The position numbers and the translations under genes are program-made. From the IMG/VR virus record IMGVR_UViG_3300047445_000122: a DNA stretch of 64,000 nucleotides; one strand, written 5' to 3'. The notes under the pieces were generated by a model. It saw only the letters and a program-made list of their open reading frames with translations, made no database searches and was not told where the DNA came from. Origin of the DNA: a virus (lineage: Duplodnaviria > Heunggongvirae > Uroviricota > Caudoviricetes). Shown here in pieces: positions 1 to 9,070 of this stretch (the first letter of the stretch is position 1; each line of letters opens with the position of its first letter).

Positions 1-69
1 TGGTTGGTGTCTCTCCAGATGGGATGCCTTCAGCATCTTCATGGAGTTTCGCCCGGTATTCCTTGAAAC

Positions 70-402
70 TCATGGGTTGATTTCCTTGATCAGACGTTTG
101 TAGAGTTCGACATCATGATCTGGTAGTTGAGCTGCGCCTATGGCATTCAAGACAGAGCGGGCTTTAGAGCCATTCTCAGTCTCTGCCAGTAGGAGGTACA
201 GTTCAGTAGCCGCAGAGGGCAGGAAGGTGTTGAAGAACGTCACAGCACTGTTGATTGCTGCCCTGACGTTTCCTTCCTCCAGACTCTGTCCCAGCTGAGT
301 TGGCAACAGCAAGACTGAGGCCAGGTCATTGACCATGATCGGCCTCCGCTTGAGGTTGTCAATAGCAAAGGGCAGATAATTGTCCTTGCTAAGGGCTTCC
401 AT
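70..402 (-). CDS. hypothetical protein (110 aa)
   Basis: Complete ORF sharing 1 nt stop/start overlap with the upstream ORF 402..731 in the same orientation. No recognisable motif. Confidence 0.45.
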   Translation of the reverse strand: MEALSKDNYLPFAIDNLKRRPIMVNDLASVLLLPTQLGQSLEEGNVRAAINSAVTFFNTFLPSAATELYLLLAETENGSKARSVLNAIGAAQLPDHDVELYKRLIKEINP

Positions 403-731
403 TACTCAGCAGATTCAGTCTTCACTTCTTCAACTGGCTTTGGTTTTGGACCTGGTTTCGGGCCTGGCTTCTTCGGGGCAACAGGAGCCGGGGCGGCTTC
501 CTTCTCTGGCTCAGCAACAGCCACTTCTGGAGCCTTGCGGGCTTCTTCAGTGTACAGGGCGAAGGCTTCAGGGAACAGTTGGTCAATGGCTGGATAGCTG
601 ACAAGCAGCTCCTCGAAGCCGTTGGCCAGGCGTTGAGCAACGCCTTGGGGCACCAGATAGGCTTTCTCATCAACCAGATGAGAGGCCACTACGGTTGGGA
701 AATGTTCAAATGGGTTCTTGGTAGCAGACAT
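402..731 (-). CDS. hypothetical protein with a Pro/Lys-rich C-terminal tail (109 aa)
   Basis: Complete ORF. The conserved promoter motif lies about 40 nt upstream (around 770..830 on the minus strand). Low-complexity PKPGPKPKP tail. Confidence 0.45.
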   Translation of the reverse strand: MSATKNPFEHFPTVVASHLVDEKAYLVPQGVAQRLANGFEELLVSYPAIDQLFPEAFALYTEEARKAPEVAVAEPEKEAAPAPVAPKKPGPKPGPKPKPVEEVKTESAE

Positions 732-783
732 GTTAGTTCCTTGTGGAATGGTTGTTCGATGAAGTATTTAGGCGGTTGTGAGC

Positions 784-831
784 AAAATATTTCTCGGAAC
801 CACTTTACTTCCTCAAGAAATGGTCTATAAT
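784..831 (+). promoter_or_regulatory. conserved phage promoter (AAATATTT upstream element, CACTTTACTT at about -35, GGTCTATAAT at -10)
   Basis: Motif 29 nt upstream of ATG 860. The same roughly 50-bp architecture recurs at least 9 times in the window. Confidence 0.6.
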
Positions 832-859
832 CCTGAATATCAACTCAACGGAGCCTAAC

Positions 860-1135
860 ATGACCAAGCTGAATGAACACCAGAAGCGCACTCTCATCCG
901 CCTGACCAACCGCATCCACACTTTCTATGGTTGCGGCGACAGAGGTTTCCGCAACGGTGTCGCCTTCCACGTTGAGCACCATCCAAGCGGCAGCATCATG
1001 TTGGTATTCAACAACTCTGACGGTCTGCCTTGGTACGAGACCTTTTACATGGGTTGTATCAACATCGGCGTCCGGGGAGGTATCCACCACTACAATGGCG
1101 AAGGCGTCAAGTGGAAATACATCATCGGGAATTGA
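860..1135 (+). CDS. hypothetical protein (91 aa)
   Basis: Plus-strand ORF immediately downstream of the conserved promoter (AAATATTT / CACTTTACTT / GGTCTATAAT at 784..831). ATG with upstream GGAG. Confidence 0.5.
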   Translation: MTKLNEHQKRTLIRLTNRIHTFYGCGDRGFRNGVAFHVEHHPSGSIMLVFNNSDGLPWYETFYMGCINIGVRGGIHHYNGEGVKWKYIIGN

Positions 1136-1138
1136 ACC

Positions 1139-1188
1139 AAAAATATTTCTCGAAACAGCTTTACTTTCTCAATATCCAGGCGTATGAT
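1139..1188 (+). promoter_or_regulatory. conserved phage promoter (variant with a TATGAT -10)
   Basis: AAATATTTCTCG...GCTTTACTTT...GCGTATGAT upstream of ATG 1231. Confidence 0.55.
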
Positions 1189-1230
1189 TCTCTTCATTGG
1201 TAGCGAAACTCAACTGAAAGGAACTACACC

Positions 1231-1545
1231 ATGACCAACATCGCCAAAATCGTCCCAGGCACCTTCAAGACCGAACAGGACATGACCAACCTCAACTATC
1301 GTGAAGAAGTTGAGGGCGTCGTGACGGTTGAGTTCGAGGGCAAGACCTTCGAGACCAAAGCAACCTTCACTGCCGGCGTCGATATCATCATCGCCCACGG
1401 TTTCGTTGGACAAGCCAAGACCGGCAAGGTTGTGTGGGAGGCGCGTGTATCCTACCGTGTGAAGAGCGATGAACACGACTGCCGACTGGGCGGTGCAATC
1501 GCCCTGGACAAGATGTGGTACGATCCTGAAGCAAAAATCGGCTGA
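1231..1545 (+). CDS. hypothetical protein (104 aa)
   Basis: Plus-strand ORF downstream of a second copy of the promoter motif (1139..1188), followed by a bidirectional terminator at 1560..1595. SD-like AAAGGAAC upstream. Confidence 0.55.
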   Translation: MTNIAKIVPGTFKTEQDMTNLNYREEVEGVVTVEFEGKTFETKATFTAGVDIIIAHGFVGQAKTGKVVWEARVSYRVKSDEHDCRLGGAIALDKMWYDPEAKIG

Positions 1546-1559
1546 TCAAGGACAGACAA

Positions 1560-1595
1560 AGAAAAAGCCCCTGGTCTCCCAGGGGCTTTTGTTTT
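1560..1595. terminator. bidirectional rho-independent terminator
   Basis: AAAAAGCCCCTGG-tctc-CCAGGGGCTTTTGTTTT, located between convergent genes. Confidence 0.7.
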
Positions 1596-1800
1596 AGGCC
1601 ATATTCAAGACGGTCAGACCACGAGAAACCATTGCCTGGCCCAGCTTGATCAACTCGCCCGGAGGCATGTTGATGACACTGGCAATTTGGTCACCTTGAG
1701 TACGAACAGACAGGATGGTGGAACCATTGTCCTGACCACTCAAGTTCACGTATTCAGGATACGAGGCAAATGGGGCTGTGTAGGCGTAGATGTTGTCCAT
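1594..1800 (-). CDS. hypothetical protein (about 68 aa; ATG at 1800 preferred over the TTG at 1824)
   Basis: The internal ATG at 1800 is preceded by AAGGAA. The track start at 1824 would be a TTG. Confidence 0.4.
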   Translation of the reverse strand: MDNIYAYTAPFASYPEYVNLSGQDNGSTILSVRTQGDQIASVINMPPGELIKLGQAMVSRGLTVLNMA

Positions 1801-1820
1801 GTGTTCCTTGTGTAAGTTGA

Positions 1821-2603
1821 TCAACCAAGCAGAGCAGCGACTGGCTTGGACTTGTTATCCTTCTCGGAGTACAGAGCTGTCAGGAACTTCTTCACGAAGT
1901 CGGAACGCACGATATCATCAAGACCGAACTTCACAACCGGGATGCCAATGTCATTGCGGCGTGCGAACTTCTCCAACCAGCTGATGCCAGGCTCACCCTG
2001 GAGGTCATGCTGGAACGGATCGCCCATCAGAACAGTCCGGCCTGACTCGAAGCGGGTGCACACGGCGACCACATCATCAGGCTTCAGGTTTTGGGCTTCA
2101 TCAACGATCACGAAGGTGTCTTTGAAGCTCAAGCCCCGGACGTACTCAAAGGGCAACATCTCAATTTTCTTCTTGCGCAGACAGTACTCATATACAGCAT
2201 CCCCCAGCTGACGCCGCAGGACGTTGAGAATTGGGAGGAGCAGTGGGGTCATCTTCTCCTCCAGGGTACCAGGAAGCATACCAATGGACTTGCCTACAGT
2301 CTCATTGGCGCGAGTCAGAATGATCTTGTCAATCTGGTGATCGCAAATCATTTGGGCAGCGAGTGAGGCGACAGTGTATGTCTTACCAACTCCTGCTGGA
2401 CCGATGGCCACGGTCACTTCGTTCGAGCGTACAGAGGTTGCCAACGTCTTCTGATTGTCCGTCTTTGGATGGAATTCGATCCGCTTGTGGAACTTTACAT
2501 TCTCCATGCGGTATTCATCAGCAGCTTGTTGGTTACGCTGTTCAGCTTGAGCTTCAGCAACAGCGGAATGTCGTTTTTGACGCTTGGTCAATTGTTTGGC
2601 CAT
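1821..2603 (-). CDS. phoH: PhoH-like phosphate-starvation-inducible ATPase
   Basis: Walker A motif GPAGVGKTY, a DEAQN-type Walker B motif, and overall PhoH-family length and order. A strong SD (AGGAG) precedes the ATG at 2603. Confidence 0.85.
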   Translation of the reverse strand: MAKQLTKRQKRHSAVAEAQAEQRNQQAADEYRMENVKFHKRIEFHPKTDNQKTLATSVRSNEVTVAIGPAGVGKTYTVASLAAQMICDHQIDKIILTRANETVGKSIGMLPGTLEEKMTPLLLPILNVLRRQLGDAVYEYCLRKKKIEMLPFEYVRGLSFKDTFVIVDEAQNLKPDDVVAVCTRFESGRTVLMGDPFQHDLQGEPGISWLEKFARRNDIGIPVVKFGLDDIVRSDFVKKFLTALYSEKDNKSKPVAALLG

Positions 2604-2760
2604 GAACTACTCCTGGTGGATTGGGGCAATTAAGGGCTTGCTGCACCCTTCTGAGTAGTTAGCGCTTAGAATCTGCCCTTCACGTTGATGTTGATGGTGA
2701 TCGTCTTGAGCTGCTTCAACAGCCGCCCGATCAAGTCACCAAGCTTGTCCCAGAACTTCT

Positions 2761-3306
2761 TCATTGGTTGAACTCCAACTTGGTTTCATGTTCCAGGCAA
2801 TCATGGATGTTGGTCTCAGTGCACTTGGGCATGAGCTTGCTTTGTTCCAGCCTGAAGAAGCGCTCCAGGCGGCGGTCATAGCGGTAGACCTTCACACCAT
2901 GATCAAGCAGGTACTTGATGCCATCCCGGTCGCGGTAGTCATTCTCATACACGAAGCCAACCACGCCAGACAGTACCATGTCGGTTGCACATGGATAGCA
3001 AGCTGCGTGGGTACAGAACATGACGGAGCCTTCGGAAGACTCTGAGGACTTGCGCAGCTTGTTCAGGGCGTTGATCTCAGCATGGCGAACATCAGAGCGG
3101 GTCTTCAACCCACCATGACCATCGCACTCTTCGCAGACATTCGGTTCGCCGGGGAGGCGTCCATTCCAACCTTGGGCAACCGGAATGTCTCCGGTCTCGC
3201 CCTTGACGAGCAAAGCGCCCACACGCAGACGTTGAGCATGGGAGTTGGCAGCGTAGCAGGCCGCAGCGTTCAGGTGGGCAATTGCGTGGCGGGTCTTGAT
3301 GTTCAT
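2761..3306 (-). CDS. dCMP deaminase (cytidine/deoxycytidylate deaminase zinc-binding family)
   Basis: HAEINAL followed by CTHAACYPCA (HxE ... PCxxC zinc motif). Start reassigned to ATG 3306 (MNIKTRH), which has a perfect AAGGAAA SD; this creates an ATGA overlap with ORF 3303..3608. Confidence 0.8.
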   Translation of the reverse strand: MNIKTRHAIAHLNAAACYAANSHAQRLRVGALLVKGETGDIPVAQGWNGRLPGEPNVCEECDGHGGLKTRSDVRHAEINALNKLRKSSESSEGSVMFCTHAACYPCATDMVLSGVVGFVYENDYRDRDGIKYLLDHGVKVYRYDRRLERFFRLEQSKLMPKCTETNIHDCLEHETKLEFNQ

Positions 3307-3608
3307 GCGTTTCCTTTGTTGTCGTACCAGAAGGCATCGCCCTTCTTCAGTGGGTTGGGCGTGAGGAACCTGTCTTGGTGCCACTTCTGTCCATCATAGG
3401 TCCAGAAGATAGCAATCAGGGTACGGATACCGGGGATGACGATGTTGTATTGACCAGGTTCAGCAGGAGGGTCTTCAGCGCAGTCGCGTGGGCCGTTGCT
3501 TGGTGGGGCGGGTTCTTTCTTGCCAAAGATGGCATCCCAACCCTTTTGGTACATGGGAGTTGATGTGCGGGTGGCGATGCGGTCGCCAGTGATGTCGTTG
3601 TGACTCAT
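3303..3608 (-). CDS. hypothetical protein (101 aa)
   Basis: Complete ORF translationally coupled to the dCMP deaminase gene. A -10-like TATAAT (minus strand, 3641..3646) lies upstream. Confidence 0.45.
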   Translation of the reverse strand: MSHNDITGDRIATRTSTPMYQKGWDAIFGKKEPAPPSNGPRDCAEDPPAEPGQYNIVIPGIRTLIAIFWTYDGQKWHQDRFLTPNPLKKGDAFWYDNKGNA

Positions 3609-3654
3609 GATTCCTTTCGAGAGGGGTTGCTATGGTCAGGATTATACCGTCAAC

Positions 3655-3775
3655 CCATGGCCGTTGACCCCTGGTGTGGGGACTGGAATATTCCAGTTCT
3701 AAGTGGTTGATATTACAAGCTTGAAATCTTGACTTCAGGCGTTTTGCTGTTGTGAATTCGGAGTCGCCCGTACAT
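3655..3775. repeat. intergenic repeat element, copy A (degenerate)
   Basis: Shares TGACCCCTGGTGTG, TAAGTGGTTGAT, TTGACTT and TGCTGTTGTGAATTC with copies B-D. Confidence 0.5.
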
Positions 3776-4144
3776 TGCCTCAAACTTCCACAACAAGCCA
3801 TAGGCAACGGCCTCCGCTTCCTCCTCATAATGGTCAGTGTGCTTGACGTGATGAGAGTGATCGACGGCGTGGGAGAGTTGTTGTACATGAGCCAGTTCGT
3901 GGAACAGCGTATGGACAATTTCACGAAGGTCAGAGCAGGAGCCAGCATAGACGATGACTGACAGGTTCGTGGGGGTAGAGTTGGTGAGACCGCGATGCGT
4001 TGAACTGCGGCTCGATACGACACGCAGGTTCAGGTTTTTAGACAGGGTCTGTTCGCTGATGGACAGCTCTTGGAGACCGAAGGCAACGGCAGCACTCACC
4101 AGCCTCTCCTCCGGGACAGAGGGATAGACTTTGGTGGTGATCAT
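3713..4144 (-). CDS. putative Zn-metallopeptidase-like protein (HExxH motif; SprT-like?)
   Basis: HELAHV motif followed by additional His residues. Family assignment from memory only. Confidence 0.35.
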   Translation of the reverse strand: MITTKVYPSVPEERLVSAAVAFGLQELSISEQTLSKNLNLRVVSSRSSTHRGLTNSTPTNLSVIVYAGSCSDLREIVHTLFHELAHVQQLSHAVDHSHHVKHTDHYEEEAEAVAYGLLWKFEAMYGRLRIHNSKTPEVKISSL

Positions 4145-4248
4145 TAGGTGGGGATTGAGAAGTACAGACGAAAAAAGACCCGCCAGGGGAGGGGCGGGTC
4201 AAAGCCTTTGGAGAGGCTGGTTGATCTGATAGGATCGGAGACTGGGGA

Positions 4249-4890
4249 TTACTTGAAGACGATGTTGATGTTGTCCGGCTTACTCAGCTTGTACACGCGA
4301 TCCTTACCGGCCTTTGCTTCAGACAGAAGCTCGCAGCCGTATTGTTTCGGGTAGTAGTACAGGTACGAGGTCACGCCGGTCTCGGACACATCCATCGCCT
4401 TCATCAGCTTCGGCACGGTGGAGCCGTCCTTCAGCATCAGTTGGCTCATGAGCTTGCCGATCTTGCTTGCTTTCTTGATCGTGACCGTGGTGATGCCGTT
4501 TTCGGTCACTGGAGAACCAGCAGTTGGAACACCAGACGCTGCCTGAGCTGCGTCTTGCTTCGCTGCGGGCTTCACAGCCGGTGCCGCGCCGCCTTTAGCT
4601 TGATTCGCCGCCTTCGTTGCCGGAGCCTTAGCGGCTGGGGCAGCACCGACAGCACCCAGGTTCTGGAGGGTCATCGCTGCCATTACGCCGGGGTGGATAC
4701 CTGCGGCGGTCAGCTTCGAGACATCCATGAACGGAATCACCGGTTTCGGCAGCACTTCAACTTCCATCATGATCTGTACGCTCTTTACCGTACCGAACTG
4801 ACCGGTGGAGGCGTCCAGGATGCTTAGGGCTTCAGCGCCTTCAACGGAGCCGGTGGACAGTTTCAGGTTGATGGTTTTGGTGTTCGACAT
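4249..4890 (-). CDS. hypothetical protein with an Ala/Lys-rich low-complexity centre (213 aa)
   Basis: Start reassigned to ATG 4890 (MSNTKT) with GGAG 8 nt upstream. AAKAPATKAANQAKGGAAPAVKPAAK repeat-like segment. Confidence 0.45.
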   Translation of the reverse strand: MSNTKTINLKLSTGSVEGAEALSILDASTGQFGTVKSVQIMMEVEVLPKPVIPFMDVSKLTAAGIHPGVMAAMTLQNLGAVGAAPAAKAPATKAANQAKGGAAPAVKPAAKQDAAQAASGVPTAGSPVTENGITTVTIKKASKIGKLMSQLMLKDGSTVPKLMKAMDVSETGVTSYLYYYPKQYGCELLSEAKAGKDRVYKLSKPDNINIVFK

Positions 4891-5034
4891 TTTGATTCTC
4901 CATTTCAAAGTAAGTTTGTATTTGTTGATGAGACTTGTTTCACTTCAAGGCCACTTGGGTCTTTTCGCTACTCCGGTTTTTCTCAACCGATGAATAGAAT
5001 CATAGTCTTGGTCTTTTGAAAAGTAAAGAGATTT

Positions 5035-5511
5035 TTAGAAAATTTTCTCGACCTCAATATTTTCCCGGCTACGTTGTTGAATGCCGTACAACTCCAAGAC
5101 ACCTTGAGTTCCACCGTATGCCTCGATTTCCCAGGGCAGAGCAATGAATTGCTCAGCATTCTCAGGCGGGCGGTAAAGAGTCCCATCCCAGAGGAAACCC
5201 CACTTAATACCGGCGTCAGTGCGCATCAAGGTATATTGCAAACGACCCTCGGAGAGCTGACGAGCGTGAATCGATTCGTGGGCCAACACCTCACGGATTT
5301 TGTCCAAGCTGTCGTTATCATTGCGGTTGTAGTACACCAGCAAGTTGCCCTTTTCCTCTTGAACGAACGCCTTACACAGCCCGGAGTCATCAAACTGCTG
5401 GAAGCGGATGATGACGTCATTGTATCGGGTTTGTGAGAACGCGAACAGACCGAAGTGTTCAATGTCCTTCACGGCGGATTGCGTCAAACCTACAGATTCT
5501 ACATATAGCAT
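5035..5511 (-). CDS. hypothetical protein with an HExxH motif (possible metallopeptidase)
   Basis: AHESIHARQ motif. A promoter -10 (TATAAT on the minus strand at 5585..5590) and a terminator at 5645..5680 lie upstream. Confidence 0.35.
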   Translation of the reverse strand: MLYVESVGLTQSAVKDIEHFGLFAFSQTRYNDVIIRFQQFDDSGLCKAFVQEEKGNLLVYYNRNDNDSLDKIREVLAHESIHARQLSEGRLQYTLMRTDAGIKWGFLWDGTLYRPPENAEQFIALPWEIEAYGGTQGVLELYGIQQRSRENIEVEKIF

Positions 5512-5644
5512 ACAGCTTAATCCCCTTTCTCCGAGGTACGCGGTTATTCATGTCTTGTTGTGTCTATGCTGCTTGACCGGGGGAATTATAGGCGCGTTAA
5601 TCGTTATTCTCCTAGAGAAATATTTCTATTGAGCGGCTTGACAA

Positions 5645-5680
5645 GAAAAATGCCGGGCCAAGAATCACCCGGCATTTCAT
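5645..5680 (-). terminator. rho-independent terminator
   Basis: GCCGGG..CCCGGC hairpin flanked by A and T runs. Confidence 0.5.
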
Positions 5681-5699
5681 AGAGCGAGAGGAAGGAAAA

Positions 5700-6710
5700 T
5701 CAACCGCGCAGCATCATCGTTTCTGCGGTGTCCAACCACTCATCGCCGTCCGTCTTCATATAGCTCGCCAGCTTCAGCACGGAGCGGATCGACAACTCAC
5801 GCATACGCTCGGCATGAGTAGACAGCCATTCGATCAGCATCTCACCCTCTTCTTCATTCAGGCCTTGCTCCGAGATCAGGTCAGAGGTGGCGATGACTTG
5901 CTTGATGCGGATCAAGATTTCACGGTTGGTGTGAACTTTCAAGTCCAGGTAGTTCGAGCGGGAGATCAGCGCCTTGAAGTGCTCCGACATCGTGCCGCCC
6001 TTCTCGATCACGCGGTCAAAGTCCTTGTTGGTGATGAAGGCGATGGTGCCTTCAAAATCAAACTCTTGAGGGATGCCGTTTTCCTCGAACCAGGAGGAGG
6101 CGGAAGGGTAGGACAGGTTGCGAGAGCCGGTGTCCAGCGCTGCCTTCAGGAAGTTCAGGCAATCCTCGTCAGCGAACACGGAGTCAATATCATCGAACAC
6201 CAGAACTTGACCCGGATTCGAGTGTTGGAACAGTTGGGTGTACAGGCCCAGTGGGGTGATCTTGCCGCGCAGGTGGGTGAACTTCTCAATCTCACGACCG
6301 CGCAGGGCTTTGTGAAGGCGCTTCTCCAGGGTGTAGGTCTTACCCACGCCTGGGGCTGCGGAAATGATCAGGGCTTTCACGGAGCCGGTCACCAGGCCTT
6401 CCACCATACGATCCATCACGCGGAAGCGCTTGGCGATGATCTCACCCAGTTCTTCGTCAGTCAACTCAATCGAAGCAGCGTGAGGCTGGACCATCGGGCT
6501 GTTAGCGCCGGTCATCTCAGCAGGTACGCCGTCAATCGTCATGTCCTTACGCCAAGCCTGAACGCCGATCTTCTTGCCGTCGCGGATGATGTACACGTAC
6601 ACATCGCGCTTGTTCTCCTTGTCGCCGCTGATGATTTCCACCAGAGGGAAGGTGCCGGTCAGTTCACGGCCATAGTAGGTTGCGGAGGTCAGGGTGATGG
6701 TTTTGAACAT
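5700..6710 (-). CDS. AAA+ family ATPase
   Basis: Walker A motif AAPGVGKTYT and Walker B motif VLVFDDIDS. Start reassigned to ATG 6710 (AAGGAAA SD), because the conserved promoter -10 at 6751..6756 lies inside the longer track ORF. Confidence 0.6.
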   Translation of the reverse strand: MFKTITLTSATYYGRELTGTFPLVEIISGDKENKRDVYVYIIRDGKKIGVQAWRKDMTIDGVPAEMTGANSPMVQPHAASIELTDEELGEIIAKRFRVMDRMVEGLVTGSVKALIISAAPGVGKTYTLEKRLHKALRGREIEKFTHLRGKITPLGLYTQLFQHSNPGQVLVFDDIDSVFADEDCLNFLKAALDTGSRNLSYPSASSWFEENGIPQEFDFEGTIAFITNKDFDRVIEKGGTMSEHFKALISRSNYLDLKVHTNREILIRIKQVIATSDLISEQGLNEEEGEMLIEWLSTHAERMRELSIRSVLKLASYMKTDGDEWLDTAETMMLRG

Positions 6711-6750
6711 GATGTAGTTTCCTTCAGTTGATATTGTTTCGATGAGGTCT

Positions 6751-6798
6751 ATTATACGCCAATTATTGAGCAAGTAAAGTGGTTTCGTAAAAATATTT
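6751..6798 (-). promoter_or_regulatory. conserved phage promoter for the AAA+ ATPase gene
   Basis: Minus strand reads AAATATTTT..CCACTTTACTT..GGCGTATAAT. -10 lies 35 nt upstream of ATG 6710. Confidence 0.55.
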
Positions 6799-6838
6799 TC
6801 GACCCACCGAAGCAGCGCCCCGGAGGGCGCTTTTCATC

Positions 6839-7306
6839 TTACATCAACCAGAGGAGAGGTTGAGCCTTGCCCATCAACTTCTCGTTGAAATCCTCATCCC
6901 AAGGGAACTTGCCCTTGTCGTCAGTCAGAACCATTTGAAGGTAGACAGGAGCCGATTCACCCTTGTTGTAGTAGTATTCCAGACCCTGAACAGCCCAGTC
7001 ATCGACTTGCTTGGTGGTCAGCTTCTTGAACACCACCGGGAACCTTCCAACGTTCAGGGAGGAGGAACCGTCAGTGAACTTGCGACCGGACTTGATCTCA
7101 TCCACAGCTTTGTGAATCAGGTAGTGACCGATTTCCTGACGGACACCCATGACGATGATTTCTGGGTGGTCAAGGGTATCTTTCAGACCGACAGTGTAGC
7201 AGAACGGTGGAGTCATGGCGTCAGGATCAGCGAAGACGCCCATCACAGCAAAGCCATAGTCTGGGTTCTTGATGTCACTCTTGATCTTTTGTTGGATGAT
7301 GTCCAT
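6839..7306 (-). CDS. DUF4262-like protein (155 aa)
   Basis: Size and the CYTVGL / HPEIIV pattern are reminiscent of the DUF4262 family. Start reassigned to ATG 7306 (AAAGGA SD). Low certainty. Confidence 0.3.
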   Translation of the reverse strand: MDIIQQKIKSDIKNPDYGFAVMGVFADPDAMTPPFCYTVGLKDTLDHPEIIVMGVRQEIGHYLIHKAVDEIKSGRKFTDGSSSLNVGRFPVVFKKLTTKQVDDWAVQGLEYYYNKGESAPVYLQMVLTDDKGKFPWDEDFNEKLMGKAQPLLWLM

Positions 7307-7375
7307 TCTGTAGTTCCTTTCAGTTTGATCTCGCGGTATTGCTCGACCTGAAAAGATTATACTTGGTAACTTGAT

Positions 7376-7424
7376 AAAAGAAAAGCCCCTGAGACGAATC
7401 TCAGGGGCTTTTTCGTTACTTCGT
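7376..7424. terminator. bidirectional rho-independent terminator
   Basis: AAAAGCCCCTGAGA-cgaa-TCTCAGGGGCTTTTT. Confidence 0.7.
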
Positions 7425-7712
7425 GGCTCTGTTGTACGTATCCCACGATTCCTTGTGGCGTTCATACTCACGCACTACGTCCCGGAACCAGGCGGTCATC
7501 TCATTCACAGGGAAGCGACTGGCTTGACCCTCGTTGTACTGGATCCCCGTTCCCGGCGATTCCCAGACCCGCTTGTGGTACTTGAACTTGAAGCCAAAAA
7601 TCTTGACTTCCTTCTGAACATACAAGCGGACAACAGCCTTGGAGTATTCAGCAACCGTCCAGCGACATTGATAGTCACCCAGACGGCCTTTGATCAACAT
7701 GGAGTTGCGCAT
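7416..7712 (-). CDS. hypothetical protein (98 aa)
   Basis: Complete ORF, coupled to the upstream ACP-fusion gene, followed by the terminator at 7376..7424. Confidence 0.4.
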   Translation of the reverse strand: MRNSMLIKGRLGDYQCRWTVAEYSKAVVRLYVQKEVKIFGFKFKYHKRVWESPGTGIQYNEGQASRFPVNEMTAWFRDVVREYERHKESWDTYNRATK

Positions 7713-9070
7713 TACTTGGTGTTGTACAGTTCGCGGCCATAGGCCTGGCTGACATCACCCAGCACGATGTACTTACAGCAACGGCACTTGTCGAAGTTGT
7801 AGTCAGTCGGTACGGACACGATGTCGCGTGGATCGACCTTGACTTCAACCAGGCGGTCGCCGCCGCTGGAGCTGGAGAAGTGACGGACATAGCCCGGAGC
7901 ACAGATGTGCAGACCGTGGGAGCAAGTCACGTTGTCGCGGTCATCGACCTTGGAACGTGGCATCTCGACAGTCAGGCCTGGGTTGTTCTTCATCGTACCA
8001 GTGTACTTGTCCAGGTAGTTGTTGCGTACAACCTTCAGGGCGATGATGTCGCCGTCGCCGTCGATGCGGAGGCCAGTCTTGGTCACGAAGTTGAACAGGT
8101 TCTTGTTGACGCGGAAGGAATGGGATTCTTCCAGCTTCTCGAAGAAGCGGCTGAACTTCTCCAGACCCTTTTCATCGGAGTCTTCCAGGCAGCGCATCAT
8201 CACGCCAGCCAGTTCGGAGTCGATGCGCTTGCCATCGAACGTCACACCCTGGGCGGTCACGACCATCTTGCCACTGGACCAGCGCGACAGAGCACCAACC
8301 ATGTCGATCAGATCGTACAGCAGTTGCAGGTCTTTCTTGTAAATCTGGTTGTTCTGGACGTTGGCCACAATCGCGCTGATCTTGTCATAGTTCTTGTGGG
8401 TCTTGTCAATCTGCAGTGGAGTGCTGTCGCGCACCACAGTCAGAACTTGAGGCAGGACGATGGCCTGGAACGGCACCAGAACATCAGGCTCGGTGTCATC
8501 CGCAGCCAGGGAGTTGGTAGGCAGTTCATCGACCGCCTTCATGATGAACAGAACAGCATCCTTGACGGTCTTGATCTTCTCAACATCTTCATCTGGAATC
8601 TCGATGTCGAACTCATCTTCCAGAGCCATAGCCAGCTCAACGGTGTCCAGGGAATCAGCGCCCAGGTCATCGATGAAGTGGGATTCTGGGGATACATCAC
8701 CGGCATCAACGCCCAGTTGATCAATGATGACTTCGATGGTCTTGTTCAGGATGGTGGTGTTCAGCTCAGGCTCCGGGGCCGGAACGATCTTGGCTTCAGC
8801 CGGGATCGCCTTGGACTTGCGTGGCTTGGCTTCCTTCTTCGCCTTCGGTTTGCGCACACGCTTCGGCGCGGCTGCTTTCTTGGCCTTCTTGGTGGTCTTG
8901 GCCTCAACCTGTTCTTCGGTTGGCTTCGGTGCGTTCTCTGCTACAGCCCAGCGAGCCAGGGTGGAGCGGGAGATACCAACCTTGTCAGCCGCTTCCGACT
9001 TGCTCAGACCATTGGCCTGGTAGTTCTGGAAGCTGATAACTGCTTGGATTTGTTGACTCGTCAGAATCAT
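7712..9070 (-). CDS. multidomain protein: N-terminal HTH, Lys-rich linker, acyl-carrier-protein (ACP) domain, and a C-terminal 250-aa domain of unknown function
   Basis: Residues about 115..185 ([59 protein letters not shown]) match bacterial AcpP almost motif-for-motif, including the DSL phosphopantetheine-attachment serine. N-terminal [20 protein letters not shown] helix-turn-helix. Strong SD before ATG 9070. Confidence 0.7.
   Translation of the reverse strand: MILTSQQIQAVISFQNYQANGLSKSEAADKVGISRSTLARWAVAENAPKPTEEQVEAKTTKKAKKAAAPKRVRKPKAKKEAKPRKSKAIPAEAKIVPAPEPELNTTILNKTIEVIIDQLGVDAGDVSPESHFIDDLGADSLDTVELAMALEDEFDIEIPDEDVEKIKTVKDAVLFIMKAVDELPTNSLAADDTEPDVLVPFQAIVLPQVLTVVRDSTPLQIDKTHKNYDKISAIVANVQNNQIYKKDLQLLYDLIDMVGALSRWSSGKMVVTAQGVTFDGKRIDSELAGVMMRCLEDSDEKGLEKFSRFFEKLEESHSFRVNKNLFNFVTKTGLRIDGDGDIIALKVVRNNYLDKYTGTMKNNPGLTVEMPRSKVDDRDNVTCSHGLHICAPGYVRHFSSSSGGDRLVEVKVDPRDIVSVPTDYNFDKCRCCKYIVLGDVSQAYGRELYNTK

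Noticed and set aside
5814-6731. 305-aa plus-strand ORF
   Set aside because: Antisense to the AAA+ ATPase gene. Shadow ORF.
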